From NCBI GenBank assembly GCA_965249555.1, contig OZ252243.1:608001-672000 (forward strand): a stretch of DNA of 64,000 nucleotides. Reading direction: 5' to 3'. The stretch is from Nitrosopumilus sp. Its GTDB lineage: Archaea; Thermoproteota; Nitrososphaeria; Nitrososphaerales; Nitrosopumilaceae. Positions 1-10,532 of the stretch are shown in pieces. Below the pieces are notes generated by a model. It saw only the letters and a program-made list of their open reading frames with translations. It did not search any database and was not told the origin of the DNA. The position numbers and the translations under genes were made by a program. Position 1 is the first letter of the stretch. Every line of letters starts with the position of its first letter.

Positions 1-801
1 GTAGGACAAGGAAGTAAAAATGAGCCTAAACTAATTGTTTTAGAACATAATCGTGGAACAAGAAATGAAAAACCAATTGTTCTAGTTGGTAAAGCAGTAA
101 CATTTGACACAGGAGGAATTTCGTTAAAGCCTGGTGATAAAATGGATCAGATGAAGTTTGACAAATGTGGAGGCTGTACAGTTCTTGGAATAATGAAAGC
201 AGTTTCAGAATTAAAACTACCAATCAATGTTGTTGGAATTGTTCCATCAGTTGAAAATATGCCTAGTGGAGAAGCATACAGACCAGGAGATATCATAAAG
301 TTGTATAGTGGAAAAACTGCAGAGATTCTCAACACAGATGCTGAGGGCAGATTAATTTTAGCAGATGCATTATCATATGGAGAAAAACATTATTCACCAA
401 AAGCAATTATTGATTTTGCAACTCTAACTGGAGCATGCATTATAGCATTAGGTACCAATGTAGCAGGAATTGTATCAAACAATGAAAAACTAACAAAGAA
501 AATTAATGAATCTTCTAAAAGAACAATGGAAGAAGTTTGGGAGCTTCCATTAAATCAGGACTATATGGATATGATAAAATCAGAAGTTGCAGATATGAAA
601 AATATTGGGACAGGCAGAGCCGCTGGAACTATCACTGCTGCAGCATTTTTGAGAAGTGCAATTGAAAATACTCCATGGACTCATATTGATATTGCAGGAG
701 TTGCATGGACACAAATAGCTACGAAAGAAAAATCATACAATCCAAAGGGTGCGACAGGTTTTGGCGTAAGGTTGATTCTAGATTATTTACAAAATCTATA
801 G
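1..801 (+). CDS. pepA: Leucyl aminopeptidase (M17), 5' end outside window
   Basis: GKAVTFDTGG, MKFDKCG and NTDAEGRL motifs; frame open from base 1. Confidence 0.95.
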   Translation, partial: VGQGSKNEPKLIVLEHNRGTRNEKPIVLVGKAVTFDTGGISLKPGDKMDQMKFDKCGGCTVLGIMKAVSELKLPINVVGIVPSVENMPSGEAYRPGDIIKLYSGKTAEILNTDAEGRLILADALSYGEKHYSPKAIIDFATLTGACIIALGTNVAGIVSNNEKLTKKINESSKRTMEEVWELPLNQDYMDMIKSEVADMKNIGTGRAAGTITAAAFLRSAIENTPWTHIDIAGVAWTQIATKEKSYNPKGATGFGVRLILDYLQNL

Positions 802-803
802 AA

Positions 804-932
804 CTAATAGCCTCTACTATTTCTATCAGGTGTACCAACATTTGGATTTCTAAAACCATGTTTTTCCATCATATGGTTAAGAAATCGGATATCATCAGAA
901 AATGACTCACCACATACGGTACAATTTTGCAT
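804..932 (-). CDS. Small C2H2 zinc-finger protein (42 aa)
   Basis: Manual translation MQNCTVCGESFSDDIRFLNHMMEKHGFRNPNVGTPDRNSRGY; CxxC-x12-HxxxxH pattern. Confidence 0.7.
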   Translation of the reverse strand: MQNCTVCGESFSDDIRFLNHMMEKHGFRNPNVGTPDRNSRGY

Positions 933-990
933 TGAAATCACAATCAAAGCAATTAATTCAATATTAAAAGATTGATTGAAAATTAGAAAA

Positions 991-1105
991 TGCCAGCACT
1001 GTTGCTTCCCAAGAGCTCTCGCATCTTAGTAGCACAACAGCGACGTCAGGTTTGACTTCCAAGTTCGGAACGGGATTGGGTCGCACCCTAACGCTATGGC
1101 CGGCT
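991..1105 (-). rRNA. rrf: 5S rRNA
   Basis: GC-rich 115 nt; reverse complement has GGCCATAGCG...CCCGTTCCGAAC...GAAGTCAAACC and paired termini. Confidence 0.92.
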
Positions 1106-1200
1106 TGAAAAATGTTGTCAGATTCTCATCTATTAACGTAACGCCAGATTTCAAATGTGCTCAAAATAGGTATAAAACAAAGAAAATACAGAGTTACAGC

Positions 1201-2988
1201 ATGACACACAGGGTTGCTGTTTTAGATCAAGATCTATGTCAGCCAAAAAAATGTGGTTTAGAGTGCATAAAATACTGCCCAATTAACAAATCAGGAGCAG
1301 ATTGTATTGTTATTAGTGAGACATCAAAAAAAGCTCAGATCGATGAAGACATTTGTAATGGTTGTGGAATATGTGTCAAAGTATGTCCATTTGATGCAAT
1401 AACTATTGTAAATCTAGCAAGTGAGTTAGCTACAGATAAAATTCATCAATACGGTCCAAACTCATTTCGACTATTCAAACTACCCACTCCAAAGAAAGGA
1501 GAAGTTGTTGGATTATTAGGAAGAAATGGGATGGGGAAAAGTACTGTAGTTAACATACTATCAGGAAATCTAAAACCAAATCTTGGGAGATATGAAAATC
1601 CACCGGAATGGGATGAGATTTTAAAATATTATAGTGGAACCGAACTTAAACAACATTTTGAAAAAATTGAACGAAAAGAAATTCGTGCATCAATAAAACC
1701 TCAACAAGTTCATCATATAGCACAAGCATTTGATGGAACAGGAAAAGAACTCATTGACAAATATGATGAAAGATGTGTATCTAGAGAGTTGATCAAAGAA
1801 TTAGGATTGGAGAATTCTATGGAGCAGAATTTAAAGGAACTCAGTGGTGGTGAACTACAGAGATTAGCAGTAGCTACTGCTGCATCAAAAGATACAGAGT
1901 TTTACTTTTTTGATGAACCATCATCATACAATGATGTTTTTCAAAGAATTGGAGTTGCTCGAGTAATACAGAATTTAGCAAGAATTGGAAAAAGTGTAAT
2001 GGTAGTTGAACATGATTTAACATTGTTAGATTTTCTTAGTGATTATATCGAAGTGTTATATGGTGAACCCGCTGCATACGGAATAGTTTCAAGTGTTTTA
2101 TCTACCAAAGTAGGAATCAATGTTTTTCTTGATGGGTATTTACCAACAGAAAATGTCAGATTTAGAGATAAGAAATTTTCTTTTGATGTATCATCATCAA
2201 CTACTGATGTGTTTCAAGAGGGAAGTGATGTTATCACTTACCCAAAACTTGAGAAAAAATATCATTCATTTTCAGTAACAATTGAGCCTGGTCGAGTAAG
2301 AAAAGGTGAAGTTTTAGGAATTATGGGAGCAAATGCACTTGGAAAAACAACTATGATGAAAATGATTGCTGGAGTTGAAAAGCCAGATTCTGGCAGTATT
2401 GACAAGAAAATAAAGATAGCATACAAACCACAATATCTTCAAAATGATATGGATGTAGAAGTTATAGCATTATTAGATAAAGCAAATGGTAGTCCAATTG
2501 AAGGTAGTCTTGAAGAAGAGCAAATAGTTGAACCGCTAAAAATTAAAAAACTATACAATAAATCAATCAGGAATCTTTCTGGAGGAGAATTACAAAAAGT
2601 TGCAGTTGTATCATGTCTGTTACAAAAAGTAGATCTTTATGCATTAGATGAGCCATCAGCATTTTTAGATGTAGAGGATAGGATTGCAGTAGCAAAATTT
2701 TTACAAAAATTTGTTCGCTCTTTTGGAAAATCAGCAATCGTAATTGATCACGATTTGCAGTTGATGGATCTGGTTTCTGACACAATGATAATCTTTGAGG
2801 GTGAATCAGGAATATCTGGTCAGGCTACAGCCCCAATGCCAAAAGCAGATGCTATGAATAGATTTCTAAAATCACTTGATATGTCCTTTAGAAGGGATGA
2901 AAGAAGTCTCAGACCACGTGTAAACAAACTAGAAAGCAGATTAGACAAAGATCAGAAATCATCTGGAAATTACTATTACAAGAATTGA
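1201..2988 (+). CDS. rli: Ribosome recycling ATPase ABCE1/Rli
   Basis: N-terminal double Fe-S domain (CQPKKCGLECIKYCP, CNGCGICVKVCP) plus two ABC domains; start moved to ATG 1201 because the longer ORF overlaps the 5S rRNA. Confidence 0.95.
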   Translation: MTHRVAVLDQDLCQPKKCGLECIKYCPINKSGADCIVISETSKKAQIDEDICNGCGICVKVCPFDAITIVNLASELATDKIHQYGPNSFRLFKLPTPKKGEVVGLLGRNGMGKSTVVNILSGNLKPNLGRYENPPEWDEILKYYSGTELKQHFEKIERKEIRASIKPQQVHHIAQAFDGTGKELIDKYDERCVSRELIKELGLENSMEQNLKELSGGELQRLAVATAASKDTEFYFFDEPSSYNDVFQRIGVARVIQNLARIGKSVMVVEHDLTLLDFLSDYIEVLYGEPAAYGIVSSVLSTKVGINVFLDGYLPTENVRFRDKKFSFDVSSSTTDVFQEGSDVITYPKLEKKYHSFSVTIEPGRVRKGEVLGIMGANALGKTTMMKMIAGVEKPDSGSIDKKIKIAYKPQYLQNDMDVEVIALLDKANGSPIEGSLEEEQIVEPLKIKKLYNKSIRNLSGGELQKVAVVSCLLQKVDLYALDEPSAFLDVEDRIAVAKFLQKFVRSFGKSAIVIDHDLQLMDLVSDTMIIFEGESGISGQATAPMPKADAMNRFLKSLDMSFRRDERSLRPRVNKLESRLDKDQKSSGNYYYKN

Positions 2989-3821
2989 CTCGAATGCTAA
3001 AAAAAGCACTAGAGAATGCTCTAACATCAGAAGAAAGTGATGAATTAATCTCAGCCTTTGATCAGATTGGAGATATAATTATTGTAAGAATTCCTGATTC
3101 TCTATTATCAAAGAAAAAAATCATTGGTGAAACTTTGCTAAATGAGGTAAAAGTTGCTAGAAGTGTTTTTTATCAGGCATCAGATGTAGAAGGAGATTTT
3201 CGTACACGTAACCTAGAGATCCTTGCAGGCGAAGAAAATACTGAAACAGAATATAAGGAATTTGGCTGTAAATTTGTAGTAGATGTTGAAAATGCATTTT
3301 TTTCACCTAGACTTTCGACAGAAAGGGAGAGAATTGCAAATTTAGTTCAGGATGGAGAGGAAATTACCAACATGTTTGCAGGAGTAGGGATGTTTTCCAT
3401 AATGGCTGCAAAAAAGAAAAAATGTACTGTTTACAGTATTGACATCAATCCAGTTGCATCAAAGTTGTGTGAAAAAAATATTGAATTAAACAAACTTGTT
3501 GGAAAAGTAATTTCAATTAATGGCGATGCATCAGAAATTATCAAAGAACAGCTAGTTAACAAATCTGATAGGACATTGATGTTGTTGCCTGAAAGATCTG
3601 ATGAGTTTTTAGAATCTGCAATAAATACAACCAAAAATGGAGGCGTTATCCATTACTATTCACATATCCACGCAGACAAAAAATCAGAAGCAGGAAAACT
3701 CTCAGAAGAGCATTACCTTCAAGTTACACCAGTACAATCAGAAATTCTAGGTTCAAAAATTGTCAGAGCAGTGGGTCCCAGATATTATCAGACAGTAGTA
3801 GATGTAAAAATTTCAAAATAG
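2985..3821 (+). CDS. trm5: Trm5/Met-10-like tRNA methyltransferase
   Basis: IGDIII, FFSPRLSTER and NMFAGVG SAM-binding motifs. Confidence 0.85.
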   Translation: MTRMLKKALENALTSEESDELISAFDQIGDIIIVRIPDSLLSKKKIIGETLLNEVKVARSVFYQASDVEGDFRTRNLEILAGEENTETEYKEFGCKFVVDVENAFFSPRLSTERERIANLVQDGEEITNMFAGVGMFSIMAAKKKKCTVYSIDINPVASKLCEKNIELNKLVGKVISINGDASEIIKEQLVNKSDRTLMLLPERSDEFLESAINTTKNGGVIHYYSHIHADKKSEAGKLSEEHYLQVTPVQSEILGSKIVRAVGPRYYQTVVDVKISK

Positions 3822-3822
3822 A

Positions 3823-4041
3823 CTAATCATCAGATGTAATTGATGCAGACGATGATTTTGTTGTTGCCATCACATATCCAATCCATGCAACTACTGCAAG
3901 AATTGCACCTGCAAGCATCAATACAGATAATTGTAATACAATGGGACTCCATTCAGAGAGCATCAACAAGTATGCATAAAGAAAGAATCCGCCTATGCAA
4001 AGAATGAAAATGGTGATGCCGGTCCCTTTACGTTTGTCCAT
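3823..4041 (-). CDS. Small two-TM membrane protein
   Basis: Two hydrophobic helices; fills the gap between neighbouring genes. Confidence 0.7.
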   Translation of the reverse strand: MDKRKGTGITIFILCIGGFFLYAYLLMLSEWSPIVLQLSVLMLAGAILAVVAWIGYVMATTKSSSASITSDD

Positions 4042-4078
4042 TACGAAGAATTTTTTGTGAGTTATTTATTGGTTTGAA

Positions 4079-4576
4079 CTAGTTCAATTCTATGGCCATT
4101 AGATATGCATCTTCACCATCTCTATAGTAGGCATTGAGTTGTTGTCTAATAACAAAACCAAGTTTTTCATATAGCCTTACAGCATCATTATTACTACATC
4201 TGACTTCCAGGTGAAATTCATCACAATTTTTTAATTTAATGCCCTTTACTGATTCTTCAACAAGTACATTTCCTATTCCTTTCTTTCTATAATCATCAAG
4301 AACTGCAATAGACACTACATGACCTTTTTTTACAAATCCCAATTTCTTAAAATTTGAAAAACCATATTCAGTTTTACACATGATATAACCAACATGTTTT
4401 ACTCCAATTTCTGCAACAATAAATGCCTCAGGAATTTCTGCAAGTAAACTCTCATAGAAATAATCAGAATAGTGTTCAGGGAGAGTTTTCAAATTAATTT
4501 CCATTACAGGGATTAGATCGCTTGGTTCTGCTCGTCTAATATTGCAATCACCTAATTGTCTTAGAATTACTTGCAT
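4079..4576 (-). CDS. rimI: N-alpha-acetyltransferase (Ard1/RimI, GNAT)
   Basis: LPEHY, GHVVSIAV..YRKKGIG and YYRDGEDAYLM motifs. Confidence 0.9.
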   Translation of the reverse strand: MQVILRQLGDCNIRRAEPSDLIPVMEINLKTLPEHYSDYFYESLLAEIPEAFIVAEIGVKHVGYIMCKTEYGFSNFKKLGFVKKGHVVSIAVLDDYRKKGIGNVLVEESVKGIKLKNCDEFHLEVRCSNNDAVRLYEKLGFVIRQQLNAYYRDGEDAYLMAIELN

Positions 4577-4650
4577 GTTTTAGGATATTTGTATCAATAT
4601 TTAATTTTAAACCAGAAAGCCATTTAATAGAAAGATTTAGTCTTAAACAG

Positions 4651-5742
4651 ATGGAAGAGAATTCACAAGAAGAGGTTATTTCATTCGTAAATTCCATATT
4701 TGAGGTCAGTGATTTTGTTAAAGCGGAATTTTCATTAGAATTTAGAATTGAAGATTTAGAATTCAAATCAAAGTTTGAGGATTTGGCAAGAAAATTAGAG
4801 AATCGGAGTTATATCTGCAAATTAGAAGAAGTGAATGGTTCAAAACATATCATCATTCAAAAATTCACTCCAAAAAAACAGAGAAAATGGCTGAATACAT
4901 CATGGACTCCTCGAATTTTGTTTGCAATTGTCATTTCATTTGTTATGATTGATGGTTACTATAGAACATCTGGAACAAATTCAATTGTAGAAATTGGGGA
5001 TCCGCTAGTGATTGCAGGAGTCTATACATTATCATTGTTAGGAATTTTAGGAGTTCATGAACTGGGTCACATTCTTGCATCCAGAGCACACAAACTAAAA
5101 ACAACTTGGCCTTATTTTATTCCAGGATTACCTATAATTGGAATTCCCACATTTGGTGCATTTATCCAAGCAAAAGGATTAACGATTAATCGAGAAATTT
5201 TATTTGATGTTGCTATTGCAGGGCCTATTGCAGGACTTGTAATTGCAATAATAGTTTCAATATATGCAGCATATACTGCGCCAATTTTAGATCCAGAGAT
5301 TGCTGCAGGATTATTTGCTGAATTTAAATTAATTGAATGGGATATGGGAGAGCCATTGTTAATGACTGCTAGTTTGGCAATGTTCGGTAAGGGAGGAGAG
5401 GGACATGAAGTAATTATGACTCCCTTAATGTTTGCAGCATGGATTGGATTTTTAATTACATTTCTAAATTTATTGCCAGCATGGCAATTAGACGGAGGAC
5501 ATATGGCACGAACATTACTTAGTCCAAAAATGCACAAATATGCAACTTATGGAAGTATGATAATTCTTGTTTTGTTAAATTATTGGATAATGGCAATATT
5601 GATTCTTGTAATGAGTTCAAGAACCCCTAGTGCGTCTCCACTGGATAATGTTTCACCACTTTCAAGAAACAGAAAACTTGCATACGTTGGAATTATAGTA
5701 CTAGCAGTTTTATGCGCACCATTACCATCAGGTCTTTTGTAA
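4651..5742 (+). CDS. Site-2 protease (peptidase M50)
   Basis: HELGH and NLLPAWQLDGG motifs; multiple TM helices. Confidence 0.92.
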   Translation: MEENSQEEVISFVNSIFEVSDFVKAEFSLEFRIEDLEFKSKFEDLARKLENRSYICKLEEVNGSKHIIIQKFTPKKQRKWLNTSWTPRILFAIVISFVMIDGYYRTSGTNSIVEIGDPLVIAGVYTLSLLGILGVHELGHILASRAHKLKTTWPYFIPGLPIIGIPTFGAFIQAKGLTINREILFDVAIAGPIAGLVIAIIVSIYAAYTAPILDPEIAAGLFAEFKLIEWDMGEPLLMTASLAMFGKGGEGHEVIMTPLMFAAWIGFLITFLNLLPAWQLDGGHMARTLLSPKMHKYATYGSMIILVLLNYWIMAILILVMSSRTPSASPLDNVSPLSRNRKLAYVGIIVLAVLCAPLPSGLL

Positions 5743-5748
5743 ATTATT

Positions 5749-6831
5749 TTATCTTAACAAAAGTCTAGCGCCATCTGCAACTACTGCAACTTTTTGTTTT
5801 GCACCTTGTGTTTTGAGGATATAGTCTAGCGAGTATTTTATGCCTTGCAAAGAAATCATGTCAAGTTTCTTTGCATAAAACTCTGGAAGAATTGAAACTA
5901 GACCAATTTGAAAATTCTTTTGAACTTCTGAAAGAAACAACAAATCCTCCATTCCACTAATGTATTTAGTAGGATTTTGAAGTTGTTCCAAAGTTAATCT
6001 ATCTTCAATGTATTGCTGAATTGCATCAGAGCCTAAACCACCCTTACATTCAGCCACTAAAATAGCAAGACCATCCTTTTTGATTGCGTTTGAGCAATTC
6101 CAAAGTGAAGAGAGAGATTTTCCCAGACTGTCATTACTTGCATCTTTACCAGTACTAATTACCATTGTTTTATGTTGACCTATTTCTTTGATTGAATGTG
6201 ATTCCATAATTTTGGTTGCAGAAAGAGTTTCTGAGGGATGGCCTATGGAAAAATCAATTATGCCTTTAGAATTTGCAACTATTTCAATTCCTTGAATTTC
6301 AAAATTATTGGTAAATTTTTTTGCCTCTTCCAAACTTTCAGGATATTGCCCAGGGGTTGGAAGATTTCCTTGCCTTTTTGCATATGCTGAAAGCATTGAT
6401 TCTAGACCAAATTTTTTGATAAGACGAGTAGAAATGGTTTCATAGCCAAATAGACCATCAAATTCCATTTCAGCCATGAAGACAAGATTGGAATTTGAAA
6501 TCTCAACATCATCGAATTCATTAATTGAACTTCCTTCAGGTAATCCTGCTTTGACTAAATTTAGGATTTTTTTGTCAGTTAGAATTTTTGGAAAAGGTTT
6601 TGATTTTTGCTCACACAAAGTAAACAATGATGAAATAATTTTTTGAATGGATTTTGAATTATGTAAAACTACAAGTTCCATTGGTTTTGATAAATCAAGT
6701 GAATTGAGTTTTTCATTAATCACTGAATCCTCCAAAATTTCACCTTCAGAATCAATTTTTTGCCCTAAATTCTCTGCTCTTATATCCAAAACAACGTCTG
6801 TAATACCATAATTCAACCAGATTTCAGGCAT
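5749..6831 (-). CDS. LarA/DUF2088-like protein (degenerate lactate racemase fold)
   Basis: IWLNYG N-terminus and ILVAECKGGLG motif; family inferred. Confidence 0.6.
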   Translation of the reverse strand: MPEIWLNYGITDVVLDIRAENLGQKIDSEGEILEDSVINEKLNSLDLSKPMELVVLHNSKSIQKIISSLFTLCEQKSKPFPKILTDKKILNLVKAGLPEGSSINEFDDVEISNSNLVFMAEMEFDGLFGYETISTRLIKKFGLESMLSAYAKRQGNLPTPGQYPESLEEAKKFTNNFEIQGIEIVANSKGIIDFSIGHPSETLSATKIMESHSIKEIGQHKTMVISTGKDASNDSLGKSLSSLWNCSNAIKKDGLAILVAECKGGLGSDAIQQYIEDRLTLEQLQNPTKYISGMEDLLFLSEVQKNFQIGLVSILPEFYAKKLDMISLQGIKYSLDYILKTQGAKQKVAVVADGARLLLR

Positions 6832-6881
6832 AATTCATACACAATACAAACCAAAATAAATCCAGTGTAGTTAATTTTGGT

Positions 6882-7487
6882 ATGGACTTTGTTAAAGAGT
6901 TTGCAACATTTTTGCATCAAAATGGCATTATAAAGTTTGGAGACTTTACACTTGCTAGTGGAAAAAAGAGTTCATACTATGTAGATTTGAAGCTAGTTCC
7001 AAGCTATCCTCATGAATTTAGAAAAATGGTAAAATATCTTGAAAATGAGATTGCAGAAAATATTGGATTAGACAATTTTGATTCTATTGTTTCAGTACCA
7101 ACAGGTGGTTTGGTAATTGCATCAGCATTAGCTATAGAAACAGTAAAGCCACTAATCTATGTAAGAAGTAAACCAAAAGATCATGGGACTTCAAAATCAG
7201 TTGAAGGAAAAATTCATGAAGGAATGAAAGTGATCATGATTGATGATGTTGCAACTACTGGTGGTTCAGTTGCAAATGCAATAAAATCACTAAAAGAAGT
7301 CAATATTTCCGTAAAAGATGCATATGTAATTGTGAATAGAATGGAGGGAGCAGATGAGGCCTTATCTGAATTAGGGGTAACGATGCATTCAATTCTGAAT
7401 ATTTTGCAAATTACAGAAGAATTGTATGAACAAAATCTTGTAGATGAGAGTATTTTAGAAAAAGTGAGAAATCAGATCAGTAAATGA
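6882..7487 (+). CDS. pyrE: Orotate phosphoribosyltransferase
   Basis: FGDFTLASGKKSSYYVD and IDDVATTGGS PRPP loop. Confidence 0.95.
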   Translation: MDFVKEFATFLHQNGIIKFGDFTLASGKKSSYYVDLKLVPSYPHEFRKMVKYLENEIAENIGLDNFDSIVSVPTGGLVIASALAIETVKPLIYVRSKPKDHGTSKSVEGKIHEGMKVIMIDDVATTGGSVANAIKSLKEVNISVKDAYVIVNRMEGADEALSELGVTMHSILNILQITEELYEQNLVDESILEKVRNQISK

Positions 7488-7491
7488 GTTT

Positions 7492-7556
7492 TGGCAGCTC
7501 AGACAAATGCCTTCCAATCATCGTTCAGATATAACTCTGATTCTTCATTGCAGCCA
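7492..7556 (-). ncRNA. Probable box C/D methylation-guide sRNA
   Basis: Minus strand: C ATGAAGA, D' CTGA, C' ACGATGA, D CTGA; 13-15-nt guides; terminal stem TGGCtGC/GCtGCCA. Confidence 0.7.
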
Positions 7557-8176
7557 GTAAATTTTGGATTCGCTTGTTTTAAAACTAATGGAAATTATAT
7601 GGGCCCGAAGGGCTTTAGGACATTTTAACTGTTATTTTAGACCCATAAAATTATGAATTATTATAATTTTAGAAATATCTGTATTACAGCAAGTTGAGTA
7701 CTAATTGAGCATGAATATTTAACATAGTTTAATTTTTGTTAATTGTGTCTAGTCAAGTTGATGACAGTTCAATCTGGAAATCAAGTGCATGATGTACAGA
7801 AAAAAAATCCATAGATATTGATATTCCTAAAGGACAAACACTAAAAGAATAAGAGATAGTTTCAACTTTTAGTGAGTATTTTAAAAATGCAGATGAATTT
7901 GTAAATGATTATCCAAATTATCTCTGTAGGCAACATTCAGACATGCAAAAATTCAAGTTAGAAAGAATTCCAGATGTAACCTTAAGTGGTTTTGGAGTAA
8001 AACGAGAAGACAAATGGGGTTATGAACTTTATACACCTATTTTATGGAAACTCAAATGTGAATGTGGTCATGAAATCAATGTGGGTACCTCAAAAATCAA
8101 TCCGTCTAGAGAGCAATGTTTTTCATGCAATCTGGGACTACACTTTAACAATCCTTTTTTGATCTGGTTGAAGGTT

Positions 8177-8425
8177 TCATTGTTTAACAGTTGATTCCAC
8201 TAATTCAGGGAATTGTGCTTGCTTTAGTCCAATATCTTGTTGGAATTTTTGAATTTCTAATGCATAATGGTGTGCATTTTTGTAATCACGATCAAATTTA
8301 GCTTTTTTATATGCCTCCCAACATTGTTGTAATTCATTCCATACCATGCTTATATCCATACCAGATTTTGTTTGAATTGGTTTATCAAATTTTATCATGA
8401 CTAGTATATTGAAATAAGTATTCAA
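8177..8425 (-). CDS. Hypothetical protein
   Basis: 82-aa ORF with plausible composition. Confidence 0.5.
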   Translation of the reverse strand: MNTYFNILVMIKFDKPIQTKSGMDISMVWNELQQCWEAYKKAKFDRDYKNAHHYALEIQKFQQDIGLKQAQFPELVESTVKQ

Positions 8426-8469
8426 GTCACATGTAAAAAATGATTTAGTAATTGTCTAATGTTGGTTAG

Positions 8470-8940
8470 CTAAATAGAATTTTTCAATTTTAAAGCAGTT
8501 TCCTTGTTGGATAATGCAATTTCATTATGAGGGTCAAGTTCTAAGACCTTATTAAAATGCCATATCGAATTAGCATACATGCCTAATTCACCTAAAACAA
8601 GTCCTTTATTGAGAAGAGATGATATTGAATATGGATCAATTTTTAATGATTCATCATAACAACGAAGTGCATTTGTGTAATCTTCCATGGCATGATATGC
8701 AACTCCTTTATTTGACCAGGCGTTGTAATTATTAGAATCTATTTTCAATGCTTTATCATAACATTGTATTGCCTCTTCAAATTTATTGATATTTCCTAGT
8801 GTAACACCTTTATCAATTAATATATCAACATTGAATGGATTTTTCTTTAATATGGCATTGAAATATTCTAATGCATCTTCAAAATTTTCATCCTCACATA
8901 AATTATAGGTATGATTAAGTAATTCGGTTAGATCATTCAT
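8470..8940 (-). CDS. Tetratricopeptide repeat protein
   Basis: Repeated NKG..L...EA..CYD.AL..DP units. Confidence 0.9.
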   Translation of the reverse strand: MNDLTELLNHTYNLCEDENFEDALEYFNAILKKNPFNVDILIDKGVTLGNINKFEEAIQCYDKALKIDSNNYNAWSNKGVAYHAMEDYTNALRCYDESLKIDPYSISSLLNKGLVLGELGMYANSIWHFNKVLELDPHNEIALSNKETALKLKNSI

Positions 8941-8977
8941 TATATTTTTTATCCATACTAAGCTAATAACATTTCTG

Positions 8978-9818
8978 TCAAGTAATTTTATTTATAAAAT
9001 CACTAAATTCCTTTTTGGCAGGATATGGGATTTTTTCACTTACAAATACAGAGAATTTGAACCGTTTTTTAATTATATTTACAAAATCTTCATGTCCTGA
9101 TGGGTAAAGTTGATGTTTAAATTGCCATAAAAAACCATTATTTTCTTCAATAAATTTTCTATGTGGTTCCATCCATCTGCCTGCAAAAACAGGGGTTATT
9201 CCAAAATGATTACACATGCGAATTTTTATTGCGATTTCCTTAATGGGTGTTAGATATAATCTATTTTTTACCTCTACACCAATTATAAGATTTTTCCTTT
9301 TATGACGTGCAATAACATCTAAACTATGTTTAGATTCAATCCAAGGTTTTCTATTAAATTCTCTAGCATCTCTAGGTACCAATATTTCAAAATTTTGAAT
9401 ACATAATTCCTTTTTTTACTAGATCATGCAAATGTTCACCAAGTACATCTGTGATCTTTTTTGAAGAATATTGTTCAATCCATAATGCATAACTTTCTAT
9501 CTTTTTTTCAATTTTTGCTTGAAATATCTTGCCACTAAATTCATTCAAAAAATAAAATTTTGGGAGGCCTTTCTCTACACGATATTTTATAAAAAATAAT
9601 TTTCCAATTTTTTCTAATTTATTCAATGAATTTTGAACCTGACTAGGTGTGTAATCATTTTCCAACATCACTACAATTGCACTTTCATGTCTAGGGGTTA
9701 TTTTGGGCCTATTGAAAAAATCATAAAAAATAGACAGTATTTTTCTTTCAATTTCTCGCAAACATCTTATTTTTTGTTTGAAATTTAATTTTTCGCAAAA
9801 ATTAACCAAAATTCCCAT
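8978..9818 (-). pseudogene. PD-(D/E)xK nuclease-like gene split by a frameshift near 9390
   Basis: Two abutting ORFs; the C-terminal part has LDVIA...GVEVKN. Confidence 0.55.
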
Positions 9819-9938
9819 CTAATTTCATCTGTTTTTGGATGTGCTAGGTTCAATTTTACCACATCCGTGATCTGTGTATAGTTAGATCAAAGATCTTATT
9901 ACAGGAGGATTACTGATCTGACTGTAGGTAGACCATAG

Positions 9939-10532
9939 ATGACGAAGTTTAAAACAAAAGAAGAAACCATGCAATTACGATACATGCTAGAAAATCCAGC
10001 ATTTACTCAAAGACAGATGGCTAGAGATATTGACATCAATCACGGGGCAAGGATAAGTAGTTTTGTAAGATGGCTTGAAAGTTTCAAGTATGTTAGAAAG
10101 ACAATAGATCCAAAAGGAAAGGTAATTTATGAAGTTCCATCTAGACAAGCGCTATTAACTTTCTATAATAGATTTAGAAGTATGCAGGATGACAAAATAG
10201 GAACATACACCATAGGACCTGATCCAGATTTTACAATGAAACATCTAAGTGAAAACGGTGCAATAATGTGTTTAACAAGTGCATTAGGTTTCTATGATAA
10301 TTATTCAAGAGACCCAGAATTGCATGCATATATAAAAAATACAGCATTGCTTGAAGAAATTCAATCATCAGAAGGAAAAGTAAAAGTTCATCTATACTGG
10401 TACAAACATCCCGATGATTCAAGGGTGGAAGATGGTATTCACATTACATCCCCCACTAGAACAATCATGGATCTTTATTGTAACAATATGGCTTATTTAG
10501 CTGAACGTCTAATTGCACGGAGATGGCAATAA
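9939..10532 (+). CDS. wHTH protein, AbiEi-like antitoxin
   Basis: N-terminal HTH; C-terminal ITSPTRTIMDLY motif; coupled to the downstream nucleotidyltransferase. Confidence 0.65.
   Translation: MTKFKTKEETMQLRYMLENPAFTQRQMARDIDINHGARISSFVRWLESFKYVRKTIDPKGKVIYEVPSRQALLTFYNRFRSMQDDKIGTYTIGPDPDFTMKHLSENGAIMCLTSALGFYDNYSRDPELHAYIKNTALLEEIQSSEGKVKVHLYWYKHPDDSRVEDGIHITSPTRTIMDLYCNNMAYLAERLIARRWQ

Noticed and set aside
1096-1200. N-terminal extension of ABCE1 in the ORF track
   Set aside because: Overlaps the 5S rRNA; the conserved start is MTHRVAV at 1201
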